Assembly (NCBI GenBank): GCA_963668625.2
Contig: CAXXKA010000010.1
Coordinates: forward strand, 64,001 to 128,000
DNA length: 64,000 nucleotides
Reading direction: 5' to 3'
From: an uncultured candidate division Zixibacteria bacterium
GTDB lineage: Bacteria > Zixibacteria > MSB-5A5 > UBA10806 > 4484-95
In this document: positions 20,754 to 30,025 of the stretch, one piece after another
Position numbering within the stretch: position 1 is the stretch's first letter
How the letters are laid out: the number at the start of each line of letters is the position of its first letter
The notes under the pieces: generated by a model
The model's input: only the letters and a program-made list of their open reading frames with translations
What the model was told of the DNA's origin: nothing
Database searches by the model: none
Program-made: the position numbers and the translations under genes

Positions 20754-23074
20754 TGGGCGCGAGTAAGAAATTCAATGTCCTGGGCACGGCAATCCAACGC
20801 GTAGATTCGCTGGATAAAGTAACCGGCAAGGCTGTCTATGCCGCCGATCACAACGTAACCGGTCAGCTCTTCGGCCGGGTCAAATATCCCGACTATCCCC
20901 ACGCTAAAATCCTATCGATTGATATATCTGAAGCGAAATCATTGGATGGTGTCCGGGCGGTGATGATCGCCGAGGACATTCCGGGAGAGCCATCGTTCGG
21001 CTCGGTCGTTGCTCATCAAATGGCGCTGTGTACCGATAGAGTTCGTTTCTGGGGGGATGCCGTAGCGCTGGTCGCGGCGGATACTCCGGAACTTGCCGAG
21101 TACGCCGTATCACTTATAGAGGTGGAATACGAACCTCTGGAGGTGGTAAGCGATCCTAAAGAGGCGTTAAAGAAGAAGTCTATTAAAATACATAGCGGGG
21201 GTAACCTCTGCGTTCACCATAAGGTATCTAAAGGCGATATAGAAAAGGGATTCGCCCAATCGGATATCATACTCGAACGCGATTACCGTACTCAGAAAAT
21301 TGAACACGCATATCTCGAACCGGAGGCCGTGCTGGCTCGTCCCGGAGAGAATGGCGGCGTTACTATCGTTGGTTCGGTTCAAAACCTCTATACTATAAGG
21401 CGAGCGGTTGCCCGTGTTCTGGGTGTCGAGCTAAGTCGCGTGAGAATAGAGCAGGCGGTTCTTGGCGGCTCGTTCGGCGGTAAGGATGAGGTAATGGGCG
21501 CGATGTGTTGTCGAGCTGCTTTGTTGGCGCTGGCGACCGGCAGGCCGATAAAGATAGTCAACAGCCGCGAGCAATCGATGCGCGAATCGTACAAACGTCA
21601 CCCTTACCGGATAGAATACAAGATCGGCGCTACTGAATCCGGCGTTATCAAAGCGATTCAATCCGTGATGTACGCCGATGCCGGCGCTTATGCCACCATG
21701 TCTCCTTTCGTGACCTGGCGCTCGGTGGTGCACGGTTCGGGGCCTTATCGTATAGCTAATGTCAAAACCGATGTTTACGCGGCTTACACGAACAACTGCT
21801 ACACCGGGGCTATGCGCGGTTTCGGCTCGCCGCAGGTATGTTTCGCGGTGGAATCACTCATAGATGAACTTGCAGAAAAGCTTGGTATGAATCCTTATGA
21901 GTTGAGGATAAAGAATCTCATTAAGGATAACTCGATAACGGCCACCGGTCAAAAATTACAGCATAAGGTCGGTATCAGGCAGGTTCTTGACAACGTAATA
22001 AAACGCGCTGACTATGATGATAAATGGAATCGGTACAGAAAGCAAAGCCCTGCCGACGAGTTCAAACGCGGGATCGGCTTTTCATGCAGCTATCGGGGAG
22101 TTTCGCTGGGGGCCGAGGGTATCGATGCTGCCGGTGTGAATATCTCTATTCAAACGGATGGTTCGATAATAGCCTCGACCGGTTTGATCGAAATGGGGCA
22201 GGGGGCCGCCACTACGATTTCGATGATAATCGCGGAAGAGCTTGGCGTGACCACCGATCATATAAGGTTCTTGAACGCCGACACCTCGATCACGCCCGAC
22301 TCGGGGCCGACCGTAGCCTCGCGTACTACCATAATGGCCGGCAACGCCGCTCGTAACGGTTGCCGTGAGCTTTTGAAAAAACTGAAACCTGTTGCCGCCG
22401 AATATCTGGGCTGCGCTACCGGGCAATTAAAATTAAAAGACAATATTATTCATTCTGATAATAAAGAAATGAATTTCAGTGAGCTTGCCGCGATATGTTT
22501 CGGTAAGGGGATCCCAATGTATACACTTGGCTGGTACAAGTCCCCAAAAACATCGTGGGACGAGGAGACCGGTAAAGGCGAGGCATATTTCACGTTCGTA
22601 TACGGCGCGAACCTGGCGGAGGTTGAGGTCGATTGCGTGACAGGTAAGGTGAGATTGTTGAATTTCATCAGCTCCCACGATCTTGGCAGGGTGGTAAATT
22701 TAAACGGCGCGAAAGGACAGGTTTACGGCGGTGTGGCAATGGGAATGGGATACGCCCTGTTCGAGACATACAGTGAATCCGACGGTATCCCGAAATTCGA
22801 AAACTACGACGAGTACCTGATTCCCACCATATGCGATATGCCACCCGTTGAAATCGAGTTCGTGGAAAATCCCGATAAGCTCGGCCCGTTTGGCGCGAAA
22901 TCGATAGGCGAGCCCGCGTGCGAACTGGCCGCCCCGGCAATCGCTAACGCCATATACAACGCCACCGGCAGACGATTACTCGAATTGCCTATTACATTGG
23001 AACAGGTGTTGATCGGGAAGAACCTGACTCGCACGGAATCACGCGGCTCCTCGAAAGCGCGGGGTGAAGACTGA
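20753..23074 (+). CDS. Xanthine dehydrogenase family molybdopterin-binding subunit 2
   Basis: EHAYLEP, GGSFGGKDE, AMRGFG, EMGQG, TVASR, KSIGE. Confidence 0.93.
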   Translation: MGASKKFNVLGTAIQRVDSLDKVTGKAVYAADHNVTGQLFGRVKYPDYPHAKILSIDISEAKSLDGVRAVMIAEDIPGEPSFGSVVAHQMALCTDRVRFWGDAVALVAADTPELAEYAVSLIEVEYEPLEVVSDPKEALKKKSIKIHSGGNLCVHHKVSKGDIEKGFAQSDIILERDYRTQKIEHAYLEPEAVLARPGENGGVTIVGSVQNLYTIRRAVARVLGVELSRVRIEQAVLGGSFGGKDEVMGAMCCRAALLALATGRPIKIVNSREQSMRESYKRHPYRIEYKIGATESGVIKAIQSVMYADAGAYATMSPFVTWRSVVHGSGPYRIANVKTDVYAAYTNNCYTGAMRGFGSPQVCFAVESLIDELAEKLGMNPYELRIKNLIKDNSITATGQKLQHKVGIRQVLDNVIKRADYDDKWNRYRKQSPADEFKRGIGFSCSYRGVSLGAEGIDAAGVNISIQTDGSIIASTGLIEMGQGAATTISMIIAEELGVTTDHIRFLNADTSITPDSGPTVASRTTIMAGNAARNGCRELLKKLKPVAAEYLGCATGQLKLKDNIIHSDNKEMNFSELAAICFGKGIPMYTLGWYKSPKTSWDEETGKGEAYFTFVYGANLAEVEVDCVTGKVRLLNFISSHDLGRVVNLNGAKGQVYGGVAMGMGYALFETYSESDGIPKFENYDEYLIPTICDMPPVEIEFVENPDKLGPFGAKSIGEPACELAAPAIANAIYNATGRRLLELPITLEQVLIGKNLTRTESRGSSKARGED

Positions 23075-23934
23075 TGATAAATATTAGCAGCTACGACCGA
23101 CCTGACTCGATAGACGAAGCGTTGGCCTTGATATCAGCCGAAAGATACCTGCCGCTTGCCGGAGGTACCGATCTTATCATACAGCTCAGGGCGGGTGAAC
23201 GTTCGAGGGTGCTGGATATCGGCAGGCTCGGGATGGATTATATAACCGAGCACGATAACACGATAGAGATAGGCGCGGCGGCCACTCACACGGCAATTTC
23301 CACCTCTAATTTAGCGGGGAAATACCTTCCACTGCTCAAAATCGCATCGGGGCTGGTTGGCTCCCGGCAGATCAGGAACAGGGGAACGGTTGGCGGTAAT
23401 ATCGCAAACGCCTCCCCCTGCGCTGATACCATACCGGCATTGTTAAACTATGACACCGAACTCGTCCTGATATCCAAAGGCGGAGAACGGCGGGTAAAAT
23501 TGTCTGAATTTACTATCAAGCCGTATGAGACGATTAAACGTGATGATGAGTTATTGAAATGCATCATTTGCAATAAAGATAATTTGAGTGCCGGGCATTC
23601 GTATATAAAGCTGGGAAGGCGGCAGGCGGTTAATATCTCCCGGATGAGCGTGGCGGTTACGGTAACTCGAAATGATAGTGGCCTGTTGGAGGATGTACGA
23701 ATTGCCGCAGGCTCCGTTTTTCCAACAGCCTCGAGAATACCCGGGTTGGAAAGTATGCTAATAAAGAAGAGCGCGACACCCAAACTGATAAGCGAGGCCG
23801 GAGAATACGCCGCGGAATTGATGATAGAACAAAGCGGCACGAGATGGTCTACGCCTTATAAAAAACCGGTGTTAATCGGTTTGATGATAAGAGCTATCAA
23901 TGAGGCAGTTGCCAAAGCAGGGTTAAACAGATGA
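23074..23934 (+). CDS. Xdh/CoxM-type FAD subunit 2
   Basis: AGGTDL, QIRNRGTVGGN, KLGRR. Confidence 0.92.
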   Translation: MINISSYDRPDSIDEALALISAERYLPLAGGTDLIIQLRAGERSRVLDIGRLGMDYITEHDNTIEIGAAATHTAISTSNLAGKYLPLLKIASGLVGSRQIRNRGTVGGNIANASPCADTIPALLNYDTELVLISKGGERRVKLSEFTIKPYETIKRDDELLKCIICNKDNLSAGHSYIKLGRRQAVNISRMSVAVTVTRNDSGLLEDVRIAAGSVFPTASRIPGLESMLIKKSATPKLISEAGEYAAELMIEQSGTRWSTPYKKPVLIGLMIRAINEAVAKAGLNR

Positions 23935-24461
23935 GCATAACCGATAAGATCATATCTGATACCACCGTTGATATAAGTTTCAGGTTAAACGGGGCCGGCT
24001 ATACGAAAAGCGTTCCCTCGAACTTGACTCTTCTGCGTTTTTTGCGCGAGCACATGGGATTAACCGGTACCAAGTGTGGCTGCGAGATCGGCGAATGCGG
24101 AGCTTGCACGGTTTTACTGGACGGTAAAGCCATAAACTCCTGCCTGGTTTTGGCCGGGCAGATAGATGGCGCTAGTATCTGGACAATAGAGGGCGTGAGT
24201 TCGGCCGGCGCGGAGTGCTTAAATCCGATTCAACAGGCATACCTCGACTGTGATGCCGTGCATTGCGGATTTTGTTCGCCGGGAATGATAATGTCCACAC
24301 TGGCGTTGTTCCTCGAAAATATCAATCCTGGCGAGGATGAAATTAAAACAGCTTTAGCCGGTAATCTATGTCGCTGCACAGGCTATATTCAAATTATCGA
24401 GGCTGTAAGTAAAGCGGCTTCGAATATAACGGAAAAAGACTTAAAGAAATTCAGGCATTAA
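23931..24461 (+). CDS. Xdh/CoxS-type 2x[2Fe-2S] subunit 2
   Basis: GCEIGECGAC, HCGFC, CRCTGY. Confidence 0.93.
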   Translation: MSITDKIISDTTVDISFRLNGAGYTKSVPSNLTLLRFLREHMGLTGTKCGCEIGECGACTVLLDGKAINSCLVLAGQIDGASIWTIEGVSSAGAECLNPIQQAYLDCDAVHCGFCSPGMIMSTLALFLENINPGEDEIKTALAGNLCRCTGYIQIIEAVSKAASNITEKDLKKFRH

Positions 24462-24462
24462 T

Positions 24463-25719
24463 ATGAAATTCGATGAACAAAAAATATCAGTAAGCGAACA
24501 TGATCGTAGCTGGGTATCGTATGAGATAGAACGATGCTTGAATTGCTACGATCCGCCCTGCCAGGCAAGCTGCCCGGCGGGAATTCCTATACCATCATTT
24601 ATCAGTTCTCTAAAAACGGGTAATATCAATCGCGCGGTAAAAATTATCTATCAGGCCAACCCGGTTGCTTCTATATGCGGGAAAGTATGCCCTGAGGAGA
24701 TATTCTGCCAGAGCAATTGCACCCGCTCTAAAATAGATTCGCCGGTTAAAATCAGGGAGCTTCACGGTTACGCCACCGATGCGGTTAAGGATTCGAGATT
24801 GAAAGAGAATAAGAAAAAAGGCAGCGTGGCGATAATCGGTTCCGGGCCGGCAGGAATATCATGCGCGACCGTACTATCCGAAAACGGAATGAAAACTACT
24901 ATCTATGAAAAATCGAATACCCCCGGAGGCGTACCATCCAGCAGCATACCCGATTTCCGTCTCGGAGATGATACTATCAGCCTGGATATCGAGCGAGCTG
25001 AAAATACGGGGATTAAGATTATAACTAATAAGCTTATCGATAATCCCTTGGAATTACTCGAGGAGTATAAAGCGATATTCATAGCTACAGGTTTATCGAT
25101 TAATAAGAAAGCTAAATTACCCGGTGGAGATTTGCCCGCAGTGTTGCCGGCGTTGAGTTTCCTGGAAAATGCCCGCACCGAAGGCGTATCATATGTCAGG
25201 GATAAAGATATCGTGATCGTCGGCGGAGGTAATGTTTCGCTGGATGTTGCCGCTACGGCATTGGAATCGGGAGCCTCGTCAGTCAGATTGCTTTACCGTC
25301 GAGGACCGCAACAAATGAAGGTTTGGAGATCGGAACTCGAGGAGGCGCAGTTACGAGGAGCGATCATCGACTATCTCGTGTCACCAATAGAATATCTGTC
25401 TGAATCAAACGTACTGAAAGCCGTTAGATGTATCAGGATGAAGTTATCTAACGATCTCGATACCTCTGACAGACGCGTGCCTGTTCCCGTAGACGGTTCC
25501 GAGTTCATTATTCCCGCCGACTTCATAATAGAGGCAATCGGCATGGAATCCGACTTTTGCAAAGAGATTACCGTCAACCGGGATCAGACAACATCGATTG
25601 AGGGCATTTTCGCAGGTGGTGATTGGGCCAGAGGCGAGGGTACGATAGTAGAGGCGGTTCGGGATGGCAAACAGGCGGCGCATAAAATTATGGCATATCT
25701 GAAAGAGAAAAGCATATGA
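24463..25719 (+). CDS. preT: PreT/GltD-like Fe-S flavoprotein (dihydropyrimidine dehydrogenase subunit-like)
   Basis: CLNCYDPPCQASCP, CGKVCP...CQSNC, GSGPAG, GGGNV, AGGD. Confidence 0.8.
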   Translation: MKFDEQKISVSEHDRSWVSYEIERCLNCYDPPCQASCPAGIPIPSFISSLKTGNINRAVKIIYQANPVASICGKVCPEEIFCQSNCTRSKIDSPVKIRELHGYATDAVKDSRLKENKKKGSVAIIGSGPAGISCATVLSENGMKTTIYEKSNTPGGVPSSSIPDFRLGDDTISLDIERAENTGIKIITNKLIDNPLELLEEYKAIFIATGLSINKKAKLPGGDLPAVLPALSFLENARTEGVSYVRDKDIVIVGGGNVSLDVAATALESGASSVRLLYRRGPQQMKVWRSELEEAQLRGAIIDYLVSPIEYLSESNVLKAVRCIRMKLSNDLDTSDRRVPVPVDGSEFIIPADFIIEAIGMESDFCKEITVNRDQTTSIEGIFAGGDWARGEGTIVEAVRDGKQAAHKIMAYLKEKSI

Positions 25720-26924
25720 TATTAACATCACCGAGACTTCAATCGGAATTTTTAGGAATCAAGCTGGAGAACCCGTTCATACTTTCGGCCGCGCCCTCCA
25801 CCGATGAGCTTGATATAGCTCGCGACGGCTTGAAATCCGGCTGGGCCGGTTTGATACTCAAGACAACCTCGATGCCCACGACCGGTGTAGATTTGGCTTA
25901 TCCCATGATGAGCTCGTTCAAAGACAGCGATAAAGTAATTGGAATGGGCAATATCGATCTGATCAGTATCTACCATATTGATGAGATAGTCAAAAGAGTG
26001 GCTACGCTTAAAAGCGAATTTCCCGGCAAGATGATAGGCGCTTCGATAATGTCCGATTCCAAAGAGGGCTGGCAAACTCTGGTTAAGGAGTTGAAAAACG
26101 CCGGCGCGGATTTGATCGAGTGCAGTTTCTCCTGTCCGCAAGGAAATGTCGGTGAAGATCCCGGCAAGATGCTGGCCCAGAGCGAACCGGCCACCGAGAA
26201 AGTAGCGACCTGGGTGAAAGAAGCCGCCGGTGACTTGCCCGTGCTGATAAAAATATCCCCGCAGGTAACTGATATCGTTGCTATTACCAGGGCCGTAGCG
26301 CGCTCCGGTTGTGATGGTGTAACGGCATCCAACTCGATCCCGGCGCTTATGGGAATCGATATCGAGACATTGAAACCAATCCCCGATGTCAGCGGCTATT
26401 CCACTTATTCGGGATTGACCGGCGTGGCAATCAAACCCATCACCTTGAGAACCATAGCCGAGATAGCCCGCAATGTCGAGGGTATAGTTATCTCCGGTAA
26501 TGGCGGAATCTCGAACTGGCGCGATTCCGTAGAGGTGTTGGCCGTGGGCGCCTCCAATGTGCAGATATGCACGGCGGTGATGATGCACGGATTCGGTATC
26601 ATCGAGGATTTATGTTCCGGGCTGGATGAGTATCTCGTACGGAAAGGCTATGGTTCCGTATCGGATTTGGCCGGTAAAGCTTTACCCGCGCTGACGAATC
26701 ATGACAGCTTACCTCGCCATGAGGTACGAAGCTCGGTTATCGAGGAAAACTGTATAGGTTGTGGCAGATGTTATATAGCTTGCCGTGACGGCGGCCATCG
26801 CGCCATTAGCTGGCATAATGAAAAACGCCTGCCGGAGGTAGATGAAAATAAATGTGTCGGGTGCGGACTGTGTCTTATGGTGCAGCCGGTAGAAAATTGC
26901 CTGGCTTTGAAGATAATTGAATGA
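25716..26924 (+). CDS. preA: PreA-like FMN barrel plus ferredoxin domain (dihydropyrimidine dehydrogenase subunit-like)
   Basis: NPFILSAAP, LKT, NIDLIS, SCPQG, SGNGGI, VQICTAVM, CIGCGRCYIAC and CVGCGLC. Confidence 0.8.
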   Translation: MILTSPRLQSEFLGIKLENPFILSAAPSTDELDIARDGLKSGWAGLILKTTSMPTTGVDLAYPMMSSFKDSDKVIGMGNIDLISIYHIDEIVKRVATLKSEFPGKMIGASIMSDSKEGWQTLVKELKNAGADLIECSFSCPQGNVGEDPGKMLAQSEPATEKVATWVKEAAGDLPVLIKISPQVTDIVAITRAVARSGCDGVTASNSIPALMGIDIETLKPIPDVSGYSTYSGLTGVAIKPITLRTIAEIARNVEGIVISGNGGISNWRDSVEVLAVGASNVQICTAVMMHGFGIIEDLCSGLDEYLVRKGYGSVSDLAGKALPALTNHDSLPRHEVRSSVIEENCIGCGRCYIACRDGGHRAISWHNEKRLPEVDENKCVGCGLCLMVQPVENCLALKIIE

Positions 26925-26952
26925 GTGATTATTTTTTCAGGAGTATATAGTT

Positions 26953-28698
26953 ATGTCATCAAACCCATTTGCCAGACGGTCAACCCAGTCGATCAAGGAA
27001 CTGGTCGAGGTATCCTCGGGAAAGAAGCCTGCGGATATATGTCTGGAAAACGCAAAAATAGTTAATGTTTATTCCAACGAGATTATCGAGGGCAATGTCG
27101 CGATATACCAGGATAGAATTGCCGGTGTAGGGCCGAAATACAAAGCTACCAAAAAAATCAATCTAAAAGGCAAATATATTGCGCCCGGTTTTATAGACGG
27201 TCACTTTCATATCGAATCCTCACTGGTAATTATTCCCGAGTTAGCCCGGGTGATCGTACCTCGTGGGACAACCTCTGTTATCGCCGATCCTCACGAGATA
27301 ACCAACGTGCTCGGGTATGACGGTATAAGGTTCATGCTGGAATCTTCCAAGTATAATCCACTTAACGTTTTTTTCACCCTGCCCTCATGCGTTCCGGCAA
27401 CCGATCTGGAGACCTCCGGCTCATCCATGAAAGCATTCGATATATTTCCGTTCTTTACCGAGAAATGGGTCGTGGGTTTGGGCGAGGTAATGAACTACCC
27501 CGGTGTGCTGAACGGTCAGGATGATGTTATCGAAAAAATCGCTATTACCGAGGGGAAACGTATCGATGGTCACGCGCCCGGAGTTGGTGGCAAAGACCTG
27601 GCCGGATATATCTCCGCCGGTATCGCTTCCGATCACGAGTCGACCTCGCTGGAGGAAGCCCGCGAGAAACTTAGGCTGGGTATGTACGTGATGATACGCG
27701 AGGGCTCCGCGGCTAAAAATCTCGATAGCCTTTTACCCCTGGTGAACCATAAGAACAAAGGTCGATTCATATTCGTAACCGATGATCACAATCCGCTGGA
27801 TATCCTGTCGGCCGGGCATATCGACGGCGTAGTCAGAAAAGCGATCAAGAAAGGTCTCGATCCGATTACCGCCATTCAGCTTGCTACATTGAACCCGGCG
27901 GAGTATTTCGGCGTAACCGATATCGGCGCGATCGCTCCCGGATTGCTCGCCGATATGATCGTGTTCGAGGATTTGAAGAAGATCAATATCACCGATGTTT
28001 ATAAAAGCGGCAAGCAGGTCGGGAAAAACGGCAAGCCTGTTTATGATGATGTCCCGCATCCCCGCCCGGTTATAAGGAGCACGGTCAATATCAAATGGCT
28101 CGAGGGGAACGAGTTTCGTATTCCTGCCGAAAACGGTAAATGCCGCGTTATCGGAATAGTACCGAACCAGCTGGTGACCAATAGCAAGGTATTAAAGCCA
28201 AAAGTTCAGAATGGCGAAGTCGTTTCCGATCCCGGGCGTGATATCCTGAAACTATTCGTACTCGAAAGGCATACCGCCTCGGGAAGAATCGGTAAAGGAC
28301 TGGTGCAAGGGTTAGGTATTAAAAAGGGGGCCGTTGCCACCTCGATAGCTCACGATTCGCATAATATCATTGCGGCAGGTGTTAACGATGAGGACATATT
28401 CAAAGCCGTGATACAGATAAACAAAATCGGCGGCGGTATGGCTGTCGTTGCCGACGGCAAACTTCTGGCGGATGTCAAACTACCGATAGCCGGACTGATG
28501 TCGGATAAATCGATGATTGATGTCGCAGCCGATATCAAGAAGCTCAAGAAGACGATTCGTAAACTGGGTTCGGAACTGGAGGACCCGATGATGACATTGA
28601 GTTTCATGGCGTTGCCGGTTATCCCTCAATTGAAGCTTACTGATTTCGGCTTGATCGATGTCAACAGTTTCCAGCAAGTGGGGCTGTTCGTTGACTGA
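26953..28698 (+). CDS. ade: Adenine deaminase
   Basis: DGHFHIESS, DPHEI, EVMNYPGV, DGHAP, REGSAAKNL, AHDSHN, LPVIP. Confidence 0.93.
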   Translation: MSSNPFARRSTQSIKELVEVSSGKKPADICLENAKIVNVYSNEIIEGNVAIYQDRIAGVGPKYKATKKINLKGKYIAPGFIDGHFHIESSLVIIPELARVIVPRGTTSVIADPHEITNVLGYDGIRFMLESSKYNPLNVFFTLPSCVPATDLETSGSSMKAFDIFPFFTEKWVVGLGEVMNYPGVLNGQDDVIEKIAITEGKRIDGHAPGVGGKDLAGYISAGIASDHESTSLEEAREKLRLGMYVMIREGSAAKNLDSLLPLVNHKNKGRFIFVTDDHNPLDILSAGHIDGVVRKAIKKGLDPITAIQLATLNPAEYFGVTDIGAIAPGLLADMIVFEDLKKINITDVYKSGKQVGKNGKPVYDDVPHPRPVIRSTVNIKWLEGNEFRIPAENGKCRVIGIVPNQLVTNSKVLKPKVQNGEVVSDPGRDILKLFVLERHTASGRIGKGLVQGLGIKKGAVATSIAHDSHNIIAAGVNDEDIFKAVIQINKIGGGMAVVADGKLLADVKLPIAGLMSDKSMIDVAADIKKLKKTIRKLGSELEDPMMTLSFMALPVIPQLKLTDFGLIDVNSFQQVGLFVD

Positions 28699-30025
28699 TA
28701 AAGCTAAGCTAATAGTATCGTGTCAGGATATTTTCACCAATGAAAAAAGCTGTCCGCTTATTCGCTCCGGCGCGATACTCATGGAAGACGGATTGGTCAA
28801 AGAGGTTGGCGAGGCCGGGAAAATTAAAGCTCGATATCCGGAGGCTAAAGTCGAAAATCTCGGCGCCGGCCTAATTACGCCGGGATTGGTTAACCTTCAC
28901 CATCACCTTTACTCCTCTTTCGCCAGAGGCTGGAATCCCGGAACGGAATCTCCGGTTAATTTCCCGCAAATATTAGAACGTATCTGGTGGCGACTCGATA
29001 AAGCTCTTAACCTCGATGATATATACTACTCCGCAATAGTCGGTTTGTGCGAATCGATACGTATGGGAGTAACCGCCGTTGTCGATCACCACGCCGGCCA
29101 GAATATGGTAACAGGTTCGTTGGATAATATCGCCGCCGCATTTACCGAAATAGGTTTGAAAGGTTCGGTCTGTTTCGAGTTAAGCGACAGAGGTGGATCG
29201 AGTATTTTTCAGGATGGGTTAAGCGAAAATATTAACGCTATCGAAAAGTATAATATGACCAACAGTAAGCTCGAACCGATGGTTGGACTTCACGCCTCTC
29301 TGACTCTTTCGGATAAGAGTTTGGAAACGATATATCGCGCAACAAAGGATTCGGGTGCGGGATATCATCTGCATTTGGCCGAGGATAAATCCGATCAAGA
29401 GGATTCGGAATCCAAATATGGTATGAGGGTCACCGAACGTTTTGCCAGGTATAATCTGTTAAATGATAAATCGCTGGCCATTCATGGAGTTCATCTAAAC
29501 GATGATGAAATCAAGATTTTAGCGGATGCCGGCGCAAACCTGGTAATTTGTCCCCGATCGAATCAGAACAACGGCGTAGGTATTCCTCGATGGTGGGACT
29601 ATGATAACGTTAATGTCGGCCTGGGTACCGATGGGATCGATTCGAGTGTTATCAACGAGGCGAAATCTGCGCTATATATAACTCATCACGAGCGTAAAAA
29701 TCCCGATTTCGGATTCGGCCGGCTTAGCGATATGCTTTTCGGGCGCAATCCCGAGATATTCGAAAAAATTACCGGTGTGAGAGTCGGAAAGATAGCTGCA
29801 GGTCATCCGGCTGATATTGTTTATTGGGATTACGACTCACCTACGCCCGTAAATGAAAATAACATAGCCGGCCATTACCTGTACGGGCTGGGCAATCATC
29901 TAGCCGATACCGTTTGGATTGATGGTGAAAAAGTATATGGAAAAGGCGAGTTCAAAAAAATCGATTATAGAAAACTCATGAGCGAAGCACGAGAGGCGGC
30001 CGGTAGTTTATGGCAAAGATTATAA
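28691..30025 (+). CDS. ssnA: SsnA-like metal-dependent aminohydrolase
   Basis: NLHHHLYSSFARG, WWRLDKAL, GLHASLT, HLHLAED, GTDG. TTG start at 28691 overlapping the ade stop is inferred. Confidence 0.85.
   Translation: MTDKAKLIVSCQDIFTNEKSCPLIRSGAILMEDGLVKEVGEAGKIKARYPEAKVENLGAGLITPGLVNLHHHLYSSFARGWNPGTESPVNFPQILERIWWRLDKALNLDDIYYSAIVGLCESIRMGVTAVVDHHAGQNMVTGSLDNIAAAFTEIGLKGSVCFELSDRGGSSIFQDGLSENINAIEKYNMTNSKLEPMVGLHASLTLSDKSLETIYRATKDSGAGYHLHLAEDKSDQEDSESKYGMRVTERFARYNLLNDKSLAIHGVHLNDDEIKILADAGANLVICPRSNQNNGVGIPRWWDYDNVNVGLGTDGIDSSVINEAKSALYITHHERKNPDFGFGRLSDMLFGRNPEIFEKITGVRVGKIAAGHPADIVYWDYDSPTPVNENNIAGHYLYGLGNHLADTVWIDGEKVYGKGEFKKIDYRKLMSEAREAAGSLWQRL

Noticed and set aside
25752-26588. 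Long antisense ORF (278 aa), and similar ones at 18620-19318, 38843-39481 and many shorter
   Set aside because: Shadow frames of well-supported genes; no recognisable motifs.
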